Origin: a virus | Taxonomy: Duplodnaviria; Caudoviricetes | IMG/VR virus record: IMGVR_UViG_3300037761_000265 | Coordinates: 1-36,568 of that record | Reading direction: 5' to 3' (one strand) | Length of the DNA: 36,568 nucleotides | Part shown: in pieces, positions 23,284 to 31,825 of the stretch | Layout of the letters: each line of letters begins with the position of its first letter | Numbering within the stretch: the first letter of the stretch is position 1 | Notes under the pieces: generated by a model | Told to the model about the DNA's origin: nothing | The model's input: only the letters and a program-made list of their open reading frames with translations | The model's database searches: none | Made by a program: the position numbers and the translations under genes

Positions 23284-24762
23284 TCAGGCCCGCGCGGCCA
23301 ACTGCACGTACGCGGACAGGGTGTCACTGCTGTTGTTCCGGGGCGTGATCGGCGACTGCAGCCACGGCCGGCCGTCGACCCGCTGGATGAACCGGAACGC
23401 CGTCGAGTCGGTGTCGAACTCCTTGTGGTCGCTGGAGGATGCGGACATGACCTGCCGGTCGCCGATCAGGTAGTAGCCCAGGTCCACAAAGTTCACGTCA
23501 CCAGCGTCGCCGAGGGTCCGCGCCTTCTCCGAGATGATCACCGGCCTACCAAGGATCGTCATCGGTGGACCCGCAGCGCCGTTGTTCAGCCACACCGCAC
23601 TTCCGCCGGTCCCGACGGACAGGGCCATGGTGGCGAGCTCGGGGAAGGTGTTGGGTGCGACGATCCACACCGCCCGGTTCAGGCTGGCGGGCAGCATCCG
23701 GGAGAATGCCTTGACCAGGTTCTCCCAGACGATCGTGTCCGCCGGCTGCCCGACCTCGGCGGTGATCGCCACCATCGCCGCGGCGTCCATGAACCCCGAC
23801 GGCTCACCGACCCCGGTGCCGTCGAAGAACGCCCCGTCCTCCCCGAACGCGATCGCCTCCGGGAACGCAGTGTCGATGAACTGCTGGAAACTGATCGCCG
23901 AGTCGGCGATCAGCTCGTTGGGCACCACCGCGTAGGCGGTGTGCTTCTTCGCGTCCAGCAAGATCCGGCCGAACTTGGCGTTGGACCGCTGCAGGGTGCC
24001 ACCCTCCTCGGTCCAGTAGGTGATGATGCCACCGTGGACGCTGCCTGCGTTGGTCGTCGAGTCGATCATCGGGTAGGGGACCCGCGACGTCTCCATCGGA
24101 ACCACCCGGGCACGCGGGCGGACGATCGCCGTCTCCAGCGACACCCGCAGCAGCTCGGCCCGCAGCACCTCCGGCACCAGGAACCCGCCTTCGGAGGGGA
24201 CCTCGGAGGTGAACGCGTTGCGAACCCGCTGCAGCTTCGCCTGCAGCTTCGCGTCCCGGTCCCGGCCGTGCCAGATCGCCCGGGCGAACTCCGCGGAGCC
24301 GTCGAACTCCTCATCGAGCGGCGCACCCAGCGCCTTGGCGTTGTAGATGCCGGATTTCTGCGCAGCCAGGCTCTGCCGCGGGCCGCCCGGGTCCAGGTTG
24401 ACCCGCTTGATGTTCTCGGCCCCGTTGTCCTTGAAGAACTGTGCGGTGACCCGCTGCACCTCTTCACGGACCTGGGTGGCGATCGCCTGATCCTTGTCGA
24501 GGGTGACCTTCGCGTAGGCGGAGATCAGGTCGCCGAACTTGTCCTTGTTGGCGAAGATCTTCTTCATCTTCTCCGAGTCGTTGAGCAGGTCTTCCAGCTC
24601 GGCCGGCGACTCCGGGATCACGATGTCCAGGTCCGGGTCCCTCTTTGGCGGCGCGACCGCCGGCGGCGCGGCCGTCCGGTTGTAGGCCCTGCCTGCGTGG
24701 GCCGGGTCGTAGCCGTAGTGGGCCAGCAGTTGCCGCTGACGCTCGAGGGTACGCGTGGTCAT
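23284..24762 (-). CDS. Major capsid protein, HK97 fold, with N-terminal scaffold region
   Basis: EGGFLVPE, WTEEG, VPNELIADS, GTGVGEPSG, TILGRPV, RVDGRP. Confidence 0.95.
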   Translation of the reverse strand: MTTRTLERQRQLLAHYGYDPAHAGRAYNRTAAPPAVAPPKRDPDLDIVIPESPAELEDLLNDSEKMKKIFANKDKFGDLISAYAKVTLDKDQAIATQVREEVQRVTAQFFKDNGAENIKRVNLDPGGPRQSLAAQKSGIYNAKALGAPLDEEFDGSAEFARAIWHGRDRDAKLQAKLQRVRNAFTSEVPSEGGFLVPEVLRAELLRVSLETAIVRPRARVVPMETSRVPYPMIDSTTNAGSVHGGIITYWTEEGGTLQRSNAKFGRILLDAKKHTAYAVVPNELIADSAISFQQFIDTAFPEAIAFGEDGAFFDGTGVGEPSGFMDAAAMVAITAEVGQPADTIVWENLVKAFSRMLPASLNRAVWIVAPNTFPELATMALSVGTGGSAVWLNNGAAGPPMTILGRPVIISEKARTLGDAGDVNFVDLGYYLIGDRQVMSASSSDHKEFDTDSTAFRFIQRVDGRPWLQSPITPRNNSSDTLSAYVQLAARA

Positions 24763-25754
24763 GATGTCAGGGCCTCCAAGACGGAGCGGCGGAACCGCTC
24801 GGGGTCGTACTGGAACGGGTCCGGTTCCGGCTGCCGGGCGGTCACGTCGGGCGGCGCCGGGGCGGTACGGACCGCCTCGGTGAGCAGCGTGTGGAACAGC
24901 CCCTTGTCGAACGCGAACGGGCCGTCATCGCACGCCGGCGGCGGCTCGGGCTCAGGCTCGGCGTGGTTGGCCGGGTGGGGCGCCGGCGCCAAGCTCAGAT
25001 CCGGCGCGGGGGCGTGCCGGCGGCCCGCGTACGTGAAAATCGACAGGTCCCAACGGTTCTCGGGCGACTCCCGCGACTCGTCACCGGCGGCGACATCGTC
25101 GGCCAGCCCGGCCTTGACCGCCTCGTCGGCCGTGTACCACGTTTCGGCGTGCATCCGCTCACGCCAGCTCGCCGCCGACCCGCCCGCCCGGACGGCGTAA
25201 AAACCGGCGATGTTGTCGCTCGACTGGTCCAGCCTGTTCGCCATCGCACGCATGTCGCCCGCGGGCCCGGCGCAGATACCCCACGCTTCGTGGATCATCA
25301 TCTGGGTGCCGCGGCCCATCACGATCCGGTCCCCGGCCATCGCGATCACCGATGCGGCCGAGGCGGCCAGCCCGTCGACCATCACCTCGACCCGCGCACG
25401 GTGCGACACCAGCGTGTTGAAGATCGCGATCCCGTCGAACATGTCCCCGCCGGGGCTGTTCAGGTGCAGCTCGATCGTCCCGGCGGTGATCTCGGCCAGC
25501 TCGTCGACGAACTCCTGGGCGGTGATCCCGAACCAGCCGATCTCGTCGTAGATGTAGACCTGCGCCCGGTTGGCGGTCGCGTTCTCGATCCGACACCAGT
25601 CCGCCCGACCGTCGCGGCGGCCCGGGTCGCGGCCGATGCGCGGCCGCAGGTCGGAGCCATCCGCGGATGGCAGGCTGCCACGCCGGCCCCACCGGGCGGC
25701 GGCACCCTTCCGGCCGGCGTCGGCCCGGATCGCCGACACCAGCGCCGGGTCCAT
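24759..25754 (-). CDS. ClpP-type prohead maturation protease
   Basis: YDEIG, LNSPGGD, DGLAASAAS, MMIH, ETWYTADEAVKAGLAD; start 25754 or 25772. Confidence 0.93.
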   Translation of the reverse strand: MDPALVSAIRADAGRKGAAARWGRRGSLPSADGSDLRPRIGRDPGRRDGRADWCRIENATANRAQVYIYDEIGWFGITAQEFVDELAEITAGTIELHLNSPGGDMFDGIAIFNTLVSHRARVEVMVDGLAASAASVIAMAGDRIVMGRGTQMMIHEAWGICAGPAGDMRAMANRLDQSSDNIAGFYAVRAGGSAASWRERMHAETWYTADEAVKAGLADDVAAGDESRESPENRWDLSIFTYAGRRHAPAPDLSLAPAPHPANHAEPEPEPPPACDDGPFAFDKGLFHTLLTEAVRTAPAPPDVTARQPEPDPFQYDPERFRRSVLEALTS

Positions 25755-25772
25755 CCGCCGGCTACGCCCCAA

Positions 25773-25861
25773 CGTCGCCCACCTTCCACCGTTGACCTAG
25801 TGATCGTAGGCTACACCCACAGATGACCTATGAAACGAAGGCAGCTCGGTAGGATGCGGCC
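25773..25861. promoter_or_regulatory. Divergent intergenic region between protease/capsid operon and inverted portal
   Basis: Lower GC; TAGGAT at 25850-25855 six nt before portal ATG; TAGCCT/TACGAT on minus strand 25813-25803; TGACCTA at 25793 and 25824. Confidence 0.5.
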
Positions 25862-27094
25862 ATGAAGTCGCTGCTGGAAGGTGTCGCCACCGCGGTGGCC
25901 ACCCGCCGGCCCCGCAACCAGGCACCCGTGCCGTACATCGGACCCGGCGTGGGGATCTTCGGCCTGTTCGACTCCTCCGACCGGGAAGCCCAGCTGCGCG
26001 CCATGGGCTCCACCGGCACCCTGTTCGCCATCGTCGACCGGCTGGCCACCTCGGTCGCCGAGCTGCAATGGCAGCTGTGGCGTACCGCCCCCTCCGGTAA
26101 GCTGGCCGACCGGACGCTGGTCACCCGGCATGCCGCGTTGGACCTGCTCAAAGCGCCCAACCCGTTCATGCGCCGCCGGCCGTTCATCGAAGCCAGCAAC
26201 CAGCATTACGAGTTGACCGGCGAGGCCTACTGGCTGATCTACCAGCTCACACCCAACCTGCCGCTCGAGCTGTGGCCGGTGCGACCCGACCGGATGAGCC
26301 CCGTCCCGCACCCGGAACGGTTCCTGACCGGCTGGATCTACACCGGCCCCGGCGGGCAGCGGGTGCCGCTGAAGCTCGACCAGGTGATCCAGGTCAAGCG
26401 GCCGCATCCGCTCGACCCGTACCGCGGCGCCGGCCCGGTCCAGGCGATCCTCGCCGACATCGACTCCGCACGGTACGGGGCGGAGTGGAACCGCAACTTC
26501 TTCCTCAACGGCGCCGAACCCGGTGGGATCGTCGAGCTTCCCGAAACCCTCGACGACGACGAGTTCGACAAGATGGTCACCCGCTGGCGCGAGCAGCACC
26601 AGGGCGTCCACAACGCCCACCGGGTGGCAGTGCTCGAGAGGGGTAAGTGGGTCGAGCGGAAGTTCTCGATGCGGGACATGCAGTTCACGCAGCTGCGCGA
26701 CGTGTCCCGTGAGGTGATCCGGGAGGCGTGGGGCTTCCCGAAGATGATGTTGGGTGCTACCGACGACATCAACCGGGCCAACGCCATCGCCGGCGAGACG
26801 ATGTACGCCCGGTGGCTGGTCCAGCCGCGGGGCGAAATGTGGAAGGACGTGCTGAACTTCGACCTGCTGCCGAAGTTCGGGCAGACCGCCAAGGGTCTGG
26901 AGTTCGACTATGTGACGCCGATCCCGGAGAACCGGGAGGACACCGACCGGGAACGTGACAGCAAGAGCAAGGCGTGGGCGGCGCTGGTCACCGCCGGGGC
27001 GGACCCGGACGACGCGTCCGACGCGGTCGGCCTGCCACGGATGCGCACCCACACCCCCGCACCCACCCCGGCCGGGGTCGACGTCGACAGCTAG
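25862..27094 (+). CDS. Portal protein (HK97 family), inverted relative to head operon
   Basis: LLKAPNPFM, LTGEAYW, LWPVRPDRM, NFFLNGAEPGG, DMQF, VQP motifs; intact 410 aa. Confidence 0.95.
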   Translation: MKSLLEGVATAVATRRPRNQAPVPYIGPGVGIFGLFDSSDREAQLRAMGSTGTLFAIVDRLATSVAELQWQLWRTAPSGKLADRTLVTRHAALDLLKAPNPFMRRRPFIEASNQHYELTGEAYWLIYQLTPNLPLELWPVRPDRMSPVPHPERFLTGWIYTGPGGQRVPLKLDQVIQVKRPHPLDPYRGAGPVQAILADIDSARYGAEWNRNFFLNGAEPGGIVELPETLDDDEFDKMVTRWREQHQGVHNAHRVAVLERGKWVERKFSMRDMQFTQLRDVSREVIREAWGFPKMMLGATDDINRANAIAGETMYARWLVQPRGEMWKDVLNFDLLPKFGQTAKGLEFDYVTPIPENREDTDRERDSKSKAWAALVTAGADPDDASDAVGLPRMRTHTPAPTPAGVDVDS

Positions 27095-27107
27095 TCAACC
27101 GCCAGCG

Positions 27108-27671
27108 TCATACCTGCTCCACCTCCGGCACCTCGACAGGGTAGGCCAACACGTTCGCGCCCGTCCCTTCCAACTCGTCGGCCAGCCACTTCGGGACCAG
27201 CGTCGGCTGGCCTGGCGGCGCCATCGGATGCTCAGCGATCGCGCGGAGGTGAGCGCGGATGTCCTCTAGCGGATCATGGCCCGGGTCTGCCCACGGCATC
27301 GGCGCCTCCACCTGCTCCACGACCAGCCGCTGAAACGCGTCGTCGAGCATCGCCGAGAAACGCCCCCGGACCTCGGTGCAACCCGGGCAGAGCGTCTCGC
27401 CGCACGCCGGGCAGAAACCGTCACCGCAGGCCAGAGGGCACCCCGCCAGCGCATGCCCACACGGCCCCGTCTGGCCGGTGGCGTAGCAGTAGATCGGCGC
27501 CCCCAACCCGTGCACCTGCACCAGCGTCGGGCGGGTCACCGTCTCGAACCGGCCCCAGCACCGCAGGCAGCCACGCTGATGGGTCATCGACTCCGCGGTG
27601 AGCTCCAGCGTGTGCCACACCTCCCGGTGGCCACGCAACCGGCACACCAGCCACATCACGATCGCCTTCAC
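27108..27671 (-). CDS. Cys-rich hypothetical protein with DUF1660-like N-terminus
   Basis: CRLRGH..W...CLRC then multiple CxxC; GGGAGGG RBS before GTG. Confidence 0.6.
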   Translation of the reverse strand: MKAIVMWLVCRLRGHREVWHTLELTAESMTHQRGCLRCWGRFETVTRPTLVQVHGLGAPIYCYATGQTGPCGHALAGCPLACGDGFCPACGETLCPGCTEVRGRFSAMLDDAFQRLVVEQVEAPMPWADPGHDPLEDIRAHLRAIAEHPMAPPGQPTLVPKWLADELEGTGANVLAYPVEVPEVEQV

Positions 27672-27711
27672 GTTCCCTCCCTACCCTCGTACGAGCCAGT
27701 CACCACGGTGG

Positions 27712-27972
27712 TTACCGGCTCAACCTCCAGCTCATCAACAGACACCCCACCCCGGCCGCCGCCACCCCCGCCGCCGGCGCCAACATCCCCGCCGCCACCG
27801 ACAACAGGCCCAATCCGGCCACGTCCAGCAACGCCGGGCGGCGCCCTGCCGAGGCCACCCACCGGTCAAGCAGGCGGAAGGCCCCCCACGCCGCCGCCAC
27901 CACCACGCGGGCCGCCGCCGCCAGCTCCGCGACCGCCCGCTCCACGTAAGGCTCCCGGCGCATCACGTCCAC
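27712..27972 (-). CDS. Small membrane protein of the type often found between terminase and portal
   Basis: DVAGLGLLSVAAGMLAPAAGVAAAGVGCLLMSW. Confidence 0.7.
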   Translation of the reverse strand: MDVMRREPYVERAVAELAAAARVVVAAAWGAFRLLDRWVASAGRRPALLDVAGLGLLSVAAGMLAPAAGVAAAGVGCLLMSWRLSR

Positions 27973-28541
27973 CTCACTCGACCATGCCCGTCCTGAACCA
28001 AACGGCTATCCGCGTTGACTATCCGCCAGCCCCCCGGCGGCAACGACTCATCCACCGCCATAGGAATCCCGAACATCTGCGTAACCCCACACGGCTCCCA
28101 TCCCGAGGCCGCGCGCGCGGTAGCCATCAGCTCGTCACGCATCTCCCTGCTCACCTCGATCCGCCGTGGCCGCCTACGCACCGGCGGCAGAAGGGTGTCG
28201 ATCTGGGCGAGCGCCGTCACGATGTCAACCGGCATCGTGGACGGGGTTGGTTCGGTCACCAGATCCAGGTCGACCAACATGGCCTCAGCGGCCGGCTCCA
28301 GCAAAGCGAGCATGCCCACCGGATCCGGCGCGGGGTCCACCGTCCGCCCGTGATAGGTCGCATGGCACTCCTCCGAGCACCAGTACGCCGACGGGCTCCC
28401 CGCCGTAATCCGCCTACGACAGTCCGGCCCCGCGCAGCGGCTCTCCACAGCCGCGTCGATCGCCGCCAACACCTCACCCGCCGACTCGGAGCGGCCGCCG
28501 CGACGGCGACGGCGGCGCGGCCACATCACCATCACATCCAC
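27963..28541 (-). CDS. Hypothetical protein with zinc-finger-like motif
   Basis: CAGPDC...YWCSEECH; overlaps terL stop. Confidence 0.6.
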   Translation of the reverse strand: MDVMVMWPRRRRRRGGRSESAGEVLAAIDAAVESRCAGPDCRRRITAGSPSAYWCSEECHATYHGRTVDPAPDPVGMLALLEPAAEAMLVDLDLVTEPTPSTMPVDIVTALAQIDTLLPPVRRRPRRIEVSREMRDELMATARAASGWEPCGVTQMFGIPMAVDESLPPGGWRIVNADSRLVQDGHGRVRWT

Positions 28542-30127
28542 CTCATCCTCGGCCGGCCCTGCGCCGCCTCACGCTTACGATGCACCCGGGGGGTGGCCAG
28601 CGCCCACAACGCCAGCGCCGCCGCCGGCGCCGGGCACACATCCACCTCCGGATCGCTCGATCCGATCAGAAACCCGCGGCCCTGACCCACCCGCACCGAA
28701 CAGCGCACCGCCCCGGTCAACACCCGCTGGCCGAGATGTCTCACGCTGCGGGCCCGCACCCCGTCATACAAGGTCGCCGCCGCCGCCGCCTCATCCGGCG
28801 CGGACACCCGGTGCAGATGCAGGCCGACGTCCGCGGCCGCGTCGGCCAACGCCCGGTCATTACTCACCATCGCCACCGGCGGGTACCCGTCCTTGATCTG
28901 CGTCGCCTCCAGGTCCCGCAGCCGGCCCAGCACCCACGACGCCCCCGGCCGGTGGTCGATCCCATGCCGGTCCCCCGTCACCTCCACCAGCCGGCCCGAC
29001 TCACACCGGCCCGCCACCCCGATCGCCGCCCACGACCTGTCGTTCGCCACGTACGCGGCGAACGACACCGGCGGCGAGGCCACCATCCCCGGCCGGGCCA
29101 CCTGGTCCCACTCCTGTTCGGAGAACATCTGCCACTCCCTCGCAGCCTCATCCGGCCACCACGACAGGTATTCCGCGGCAAAGTCCAGGCGGGCCATCTT
29201 CTGCTGATCCCGGTAGATCGCCGACTCGAAGACCGTGTGCGCCCACCGGCCGGCCGGGTCGCACCGGCACGGCGGCCGCGGTGAGACCGGGCACAGCGCC
29301 GGCAGGGCGCTCAGCCACGTGCCCCGGTCAGCCGGATCCGCCCCCCGGGCCGCCGCCCAGAAGAACACCGCCGTACCCGTGCGCTGCCCCGCGTCCAACG
29401 CCTCGACCGCCCGGCGCAGCTTCGAGCGCAGGAACGACGACCGTGACCCGTCCATCTTCTTCGCCCGCTCCGGACCCGGCACCATGCTCACGATCCACAG
29501 CTGCGGGCTCCGCCGGGTCATCATCGTCGGGCGCATCGCCTGCTCCGCCACCGTCGACTCGTGCACCCACGCCTCGTCCAGCACCCCCAGGTCCACCGCA
29601 TCACCGGTCCCACCCGTCTTCCCGGTGGTCGCCACCGGCGAATGCATGCTGCCATTGCCCCACATGATCGCTTCGAAGTTCAGCCGCTCCCGCGACCGGA
29701 ACAGATGCCGGTACGGCGAGTTGAGCAGCGCCACCAGGTGGTGGTCACGCCACTTCTTCTTCGCCTCGTCGCTGGTCTGCGCCATGTACAGGATCCGCTG
29801 TGGCAACCCGGCGGCCAGCTCGCCGACCGCCCGGTGCACCATCACCGGCAGCATCAGCGTCGTCTTCCCCCACGCCTGCCGCGGCCCCACCAGAATCACC
29901 TCGTCGTACGCCAGCTCCCCGGTGTCCGGATCCAGTTCGTGGCTCACGTCCGCGACGTACTGCTGGTGCGGCATCAGCGGTGTCGCCAGCGAGCTCGCCA
30001 CCGCCCCGATCGCCGGCCCGAACGTCGCCCGGTCCGGATCCCGCGGCGTCCCCCACCGCGGCGGGCAGTGCAGGCCCGGGTAGAGCTGCCCGGAGCTGCG
30101 CGAAGAGGTCACCGTCACCGCCATCAC
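28532..30127 (-). CDS. terL: Terminase large subunit
   Basis: LMPHQ, GPRQAWGKT, VLDEAW, RPTMMTR, QLWIVS, FAAEYL. Confidence 0.92.
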   Translation of the reverse strand: MMAVTVTSSRSSGQLYPGLHCPPRWGTPRDPDRATFGPAIGAVASSLATPLMPHQQYVADVSHELDPDTGELAYDEVILVGPRQAWGKTTLMLPVMVHRAVGELAAGLPQRILYMAQTSDEAKKKWRDHHLVALLNSPYRHLFRSRERLNFEAIMWGNGSMHSPVATTGKTGGTGDAVDLGVLDEAWVHESTVAEQAMRPTMMTRRSPQLWIVSMVPGPERAKKMDGSRSSFLRSKLRRAVEALDAGQRTGTAVFFWAAARGADPADRGTWLSALPALCPVSPRPPCRCDPAGRWAHTVFESAIYRDQQKMARLDFAAEYLSWWPDEAAREWQMFSEQEWDQVARPGMVASPPVSFAAYVANDRSWAAIGVAGRCESGRLVEVTGDRHGIDHRPGASWVLGRLRDLEATQIKDGYPPVAMVSNDRALADAAADVGLHLHRVSAPDEAAAAATLYDGVRARSVRHLGQRVLTGAVRCSVRVGQGRGFLIGSSDPEVDVCPAPAAALALWALATPRVHRKREAAQGRPRMRWM

Positions 30128-30329
30128 CGTCGCTCAACGCCCGCAACGTCGCCCGCAGCTCCCGGGCCGCCGCCACCCGGTCCGCCGGCTTCTCGCACTC
30201 GTCGGCCGCCCGCGCCAACACCAGGGCGACCTCCCTCATCGACCGCCTGACCCCACCGGCCAGCTCGCCGAGCGCCCGCAGGTCCGCGGCCACCGCCCGC
30301 TCCACCGCACCCCGCCGCCGCCGAGCCAT
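29745..30329 (-). CDS. Terminase small subunit (ORF runs on into terL)
   Basis: Helical GAVERAVAADL...LARAAD...AARELRATLRAL; directly upstream of terL. Confidence 0.72.
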   Translation of the reverse strand: MARRRRGAVERAVAADLRALGELAGGVRRSMREVALVLARAADECEKPADRVAAARELRATLRALSDGDGGDGDLFAQLRAALPGPALPAAVGDAAGSGPGDVRAGDRGGGELAGDTADAAPAVRRGREPRTGSGHRGAGVRRGDSGGAAAGVGEDDADAAGDGAPGGRRAGRRVATADPVHGADQRRGEEEVA

Positions 30330-30349
30330 AGACACACATCCCCACGTCA

Positions 30350-30506
30350 ATACACATTAGACCTTACTCCATTGACCGCCAGCTATGATCCAGAACAAAA
30401 CGGACACTCCAGAAAATCGTCGAGAGAGCAAAAAGGCACGTCCGAGTCGCGCTCCTCCTGTGGTGATCAACTCACTGGACTTTTCTGTGATGGGCGATCA
30501 TCGATT
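30350..30506. other. AT-richer noncoding region, probable cos/packaging site and late promoter
   Basis: Lies between HNH and terS; A/T tracts; strand composition flips here; exact ends cannot be read. Confidence 0.55.
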
Positions 30507-30794
30507 TTACCATTCACGACTGTTGATGTCTGTTGGTGGTGGTTCGTGTGGTGGCCGGCGGCGGCGGTCGCCGGCGTTGCGGTTGCATGCGCGGTGCTCG
30601 AGACGCGTGGGGTTGTGGGGGCCGTGGCCGACGTCGGCGACGTCGTACTTGTGGCCGACGTCGAGGTCGTGCCAGGGGTGCATGTCGTGGCCGCATCGGG
30701 GGCAGGGCATGCTGCCACGAAGGGCGAGTTGGGCGAGTAGGGCGGGGCGGGCGCGGGCGCGTTCGGTGGCGGTGGCGTCGGTGGGTCCGGCCAC
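30507..30794 (-). CDS. HNH endonuclease (terminase-associated)
   Basis: CPRC...LDVGH...LEHRACN, C-terminal SREW; upstream of terS. Confidence 0.82.
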   Translation of the reverse strand: MAGPTDATATERARARPALLAQLALRGSMPCPRCGHDMHPWHDLDVGHKYDVADVGHGPHNPTRLEHRACNRNAGDRRRRPPHEPPPTDINSREW

Positions 30795-30795
30795 A

Positions 30796-31368
30796 TCACA
30801 GCCCCCCCTGGCCGCTGGTGGTGGCCGGTGGGGGGATGGTGCGTTGCCCGGTGCGGACCGCCACAACCCGCTCAGCGCCCGTCTGCGGGCCTGAACCTGC
30901 CGCACCCTCACCCGTACCCGCGTCCAGCCCTGCGCGGCTGGGAGACGCAACGCTGGCCGGCCCCGCGCGCCCAACACGACCAACCGAGGCGAGGGCGCTG
31001 GCCTCCCCATGCTGACGGGCGACCGGGTTGGGTGCCCCGGTCGGTGAGCGGAGCACGATCGTCACGTCGGCGGGGTGGTAGGTCTTACCGTCAACCAGGT
31101 ATCCGGTCGCGTGATCTTGGAGCCACCGAAGCACGAACCTCTGGTCGAGGGCGTACCCCCATGCATGCTCGTCGGGCTGGTTGGTCATCGGAGGATCGGT
31201 GTCCTTTCGCGCTTGGGCACGGAGCCGGTTGGCATGGCGGGCTGCTTTGCCGGCCGCCCGGGCGGCGGAGAGCTGTTGGCGGAGGGTGCGGGTTGCTTCG
31301 TGGCGGCGTTCGTATTCGTCGGCTGCCGTTTCCGCGCGTTGTTCGTATTCGGTTTCGAGGCTGTCCAT
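30796..31368 (-). CDS. Hypothetical protein (possible second start at ATG 31188)
   Basis: MDSLETEYEQ helical segment in frame with MTNQPDEH segment; AAGGA upstream of the inner ATG. Confidence 0.5.
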   Translation of the reverse strand: MDSLETEYEQRAETAADEYERRHEATRTLRQQLSAARAAGKAARHANRLRAQARKDTDPPMTNQPDEHAWGYALDQRFVLRWLQDHATGYLVDGKTYHPADVTIVLRSPTGAPNPVARQHGEASALASVGRVGRAGPASVASPSRAGLDAGTGEGAAGSGPQTGAERVVAVRTGQRTIPPPATTSGQGGL

Positions 31369-31379
31369 TGATGTCTCGC

Positions 31380-31655
31380 TCAGATGAGGGTGGGTGTGGG
31401 GCATTGGTGTTGTGCGTGGATGGTGCCGAGCATGCCGGCGCGGATGTGGGTGGCGGTACGGAGGATCAGATGGCCGGCTTTGGTGTGGGTGTAGGTCCAG
31501 GCGCCGGTGAGGAGTACGGCGGCCTCGTCGTGTGGGCTGATGGGTTGGGTGTTGACGTGGGCTGGGAGGCCTGCGTCGATGGCGACCAGGATGGGGGCGC
31601 CACAGCCGGGGCAGGTGGCGGTGCGGGCGGTGGTGGAGATGAAGTGGCGGCTCAT
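31380..31655 (-). CDS. Zinc-ribbon hypothetical protein
   Basis: TCPGCGAPIL...AQHQC. Confidence 0.7.
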   Translation of the reverse strand: MSRHFISTTARTATCPGCGAPILVAIDAGLPAHVNTQPISPHDEAAVLLTGAWTYTHTKAGHLILRTATHIRAGMLGTIHAQHQCPTPTLI

Positions 31656-31660
31656 GGTGT

Positions 31661-31825
31661 CCGACCATGATCATCCGGAAACCCGGCAATCTCGGAAACC
31701 TCCCAGCGATTCCAGGCTCGCCACTTTGCGACTTTGTTACGCTGTGTAGTGGATCTATAGATCGCGTCCGCGTGTTTGGCCTGGAGGTTTCCGAGGTTTC
31801 CGGGTTTCCGGATGATCATGGTCGG
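31661..31825. repeat. 43-bp inverted repeat with iteron-like units, candidate replication origin
   Basis: Arms 31661-31703 and 31783-31825 (2 mismatches); CGGAAACC units; palindrome GATCTATAGATC at 31752-31763. Confidence 0.85.

Noticed and set aside
23275-25826. Long plus-strand ORFs opposite capsid and protease (and similar elsewhere)
   Set aside because: Antisense shadows expected in high-GC coding DNA; no motifs
25791-27100. Portal segment as an IS or transposon bounded by CTAG
   Set aside because: No transposase; flanking match is only about 9 bp with a gap, kept only as a weak hint of inversion ends
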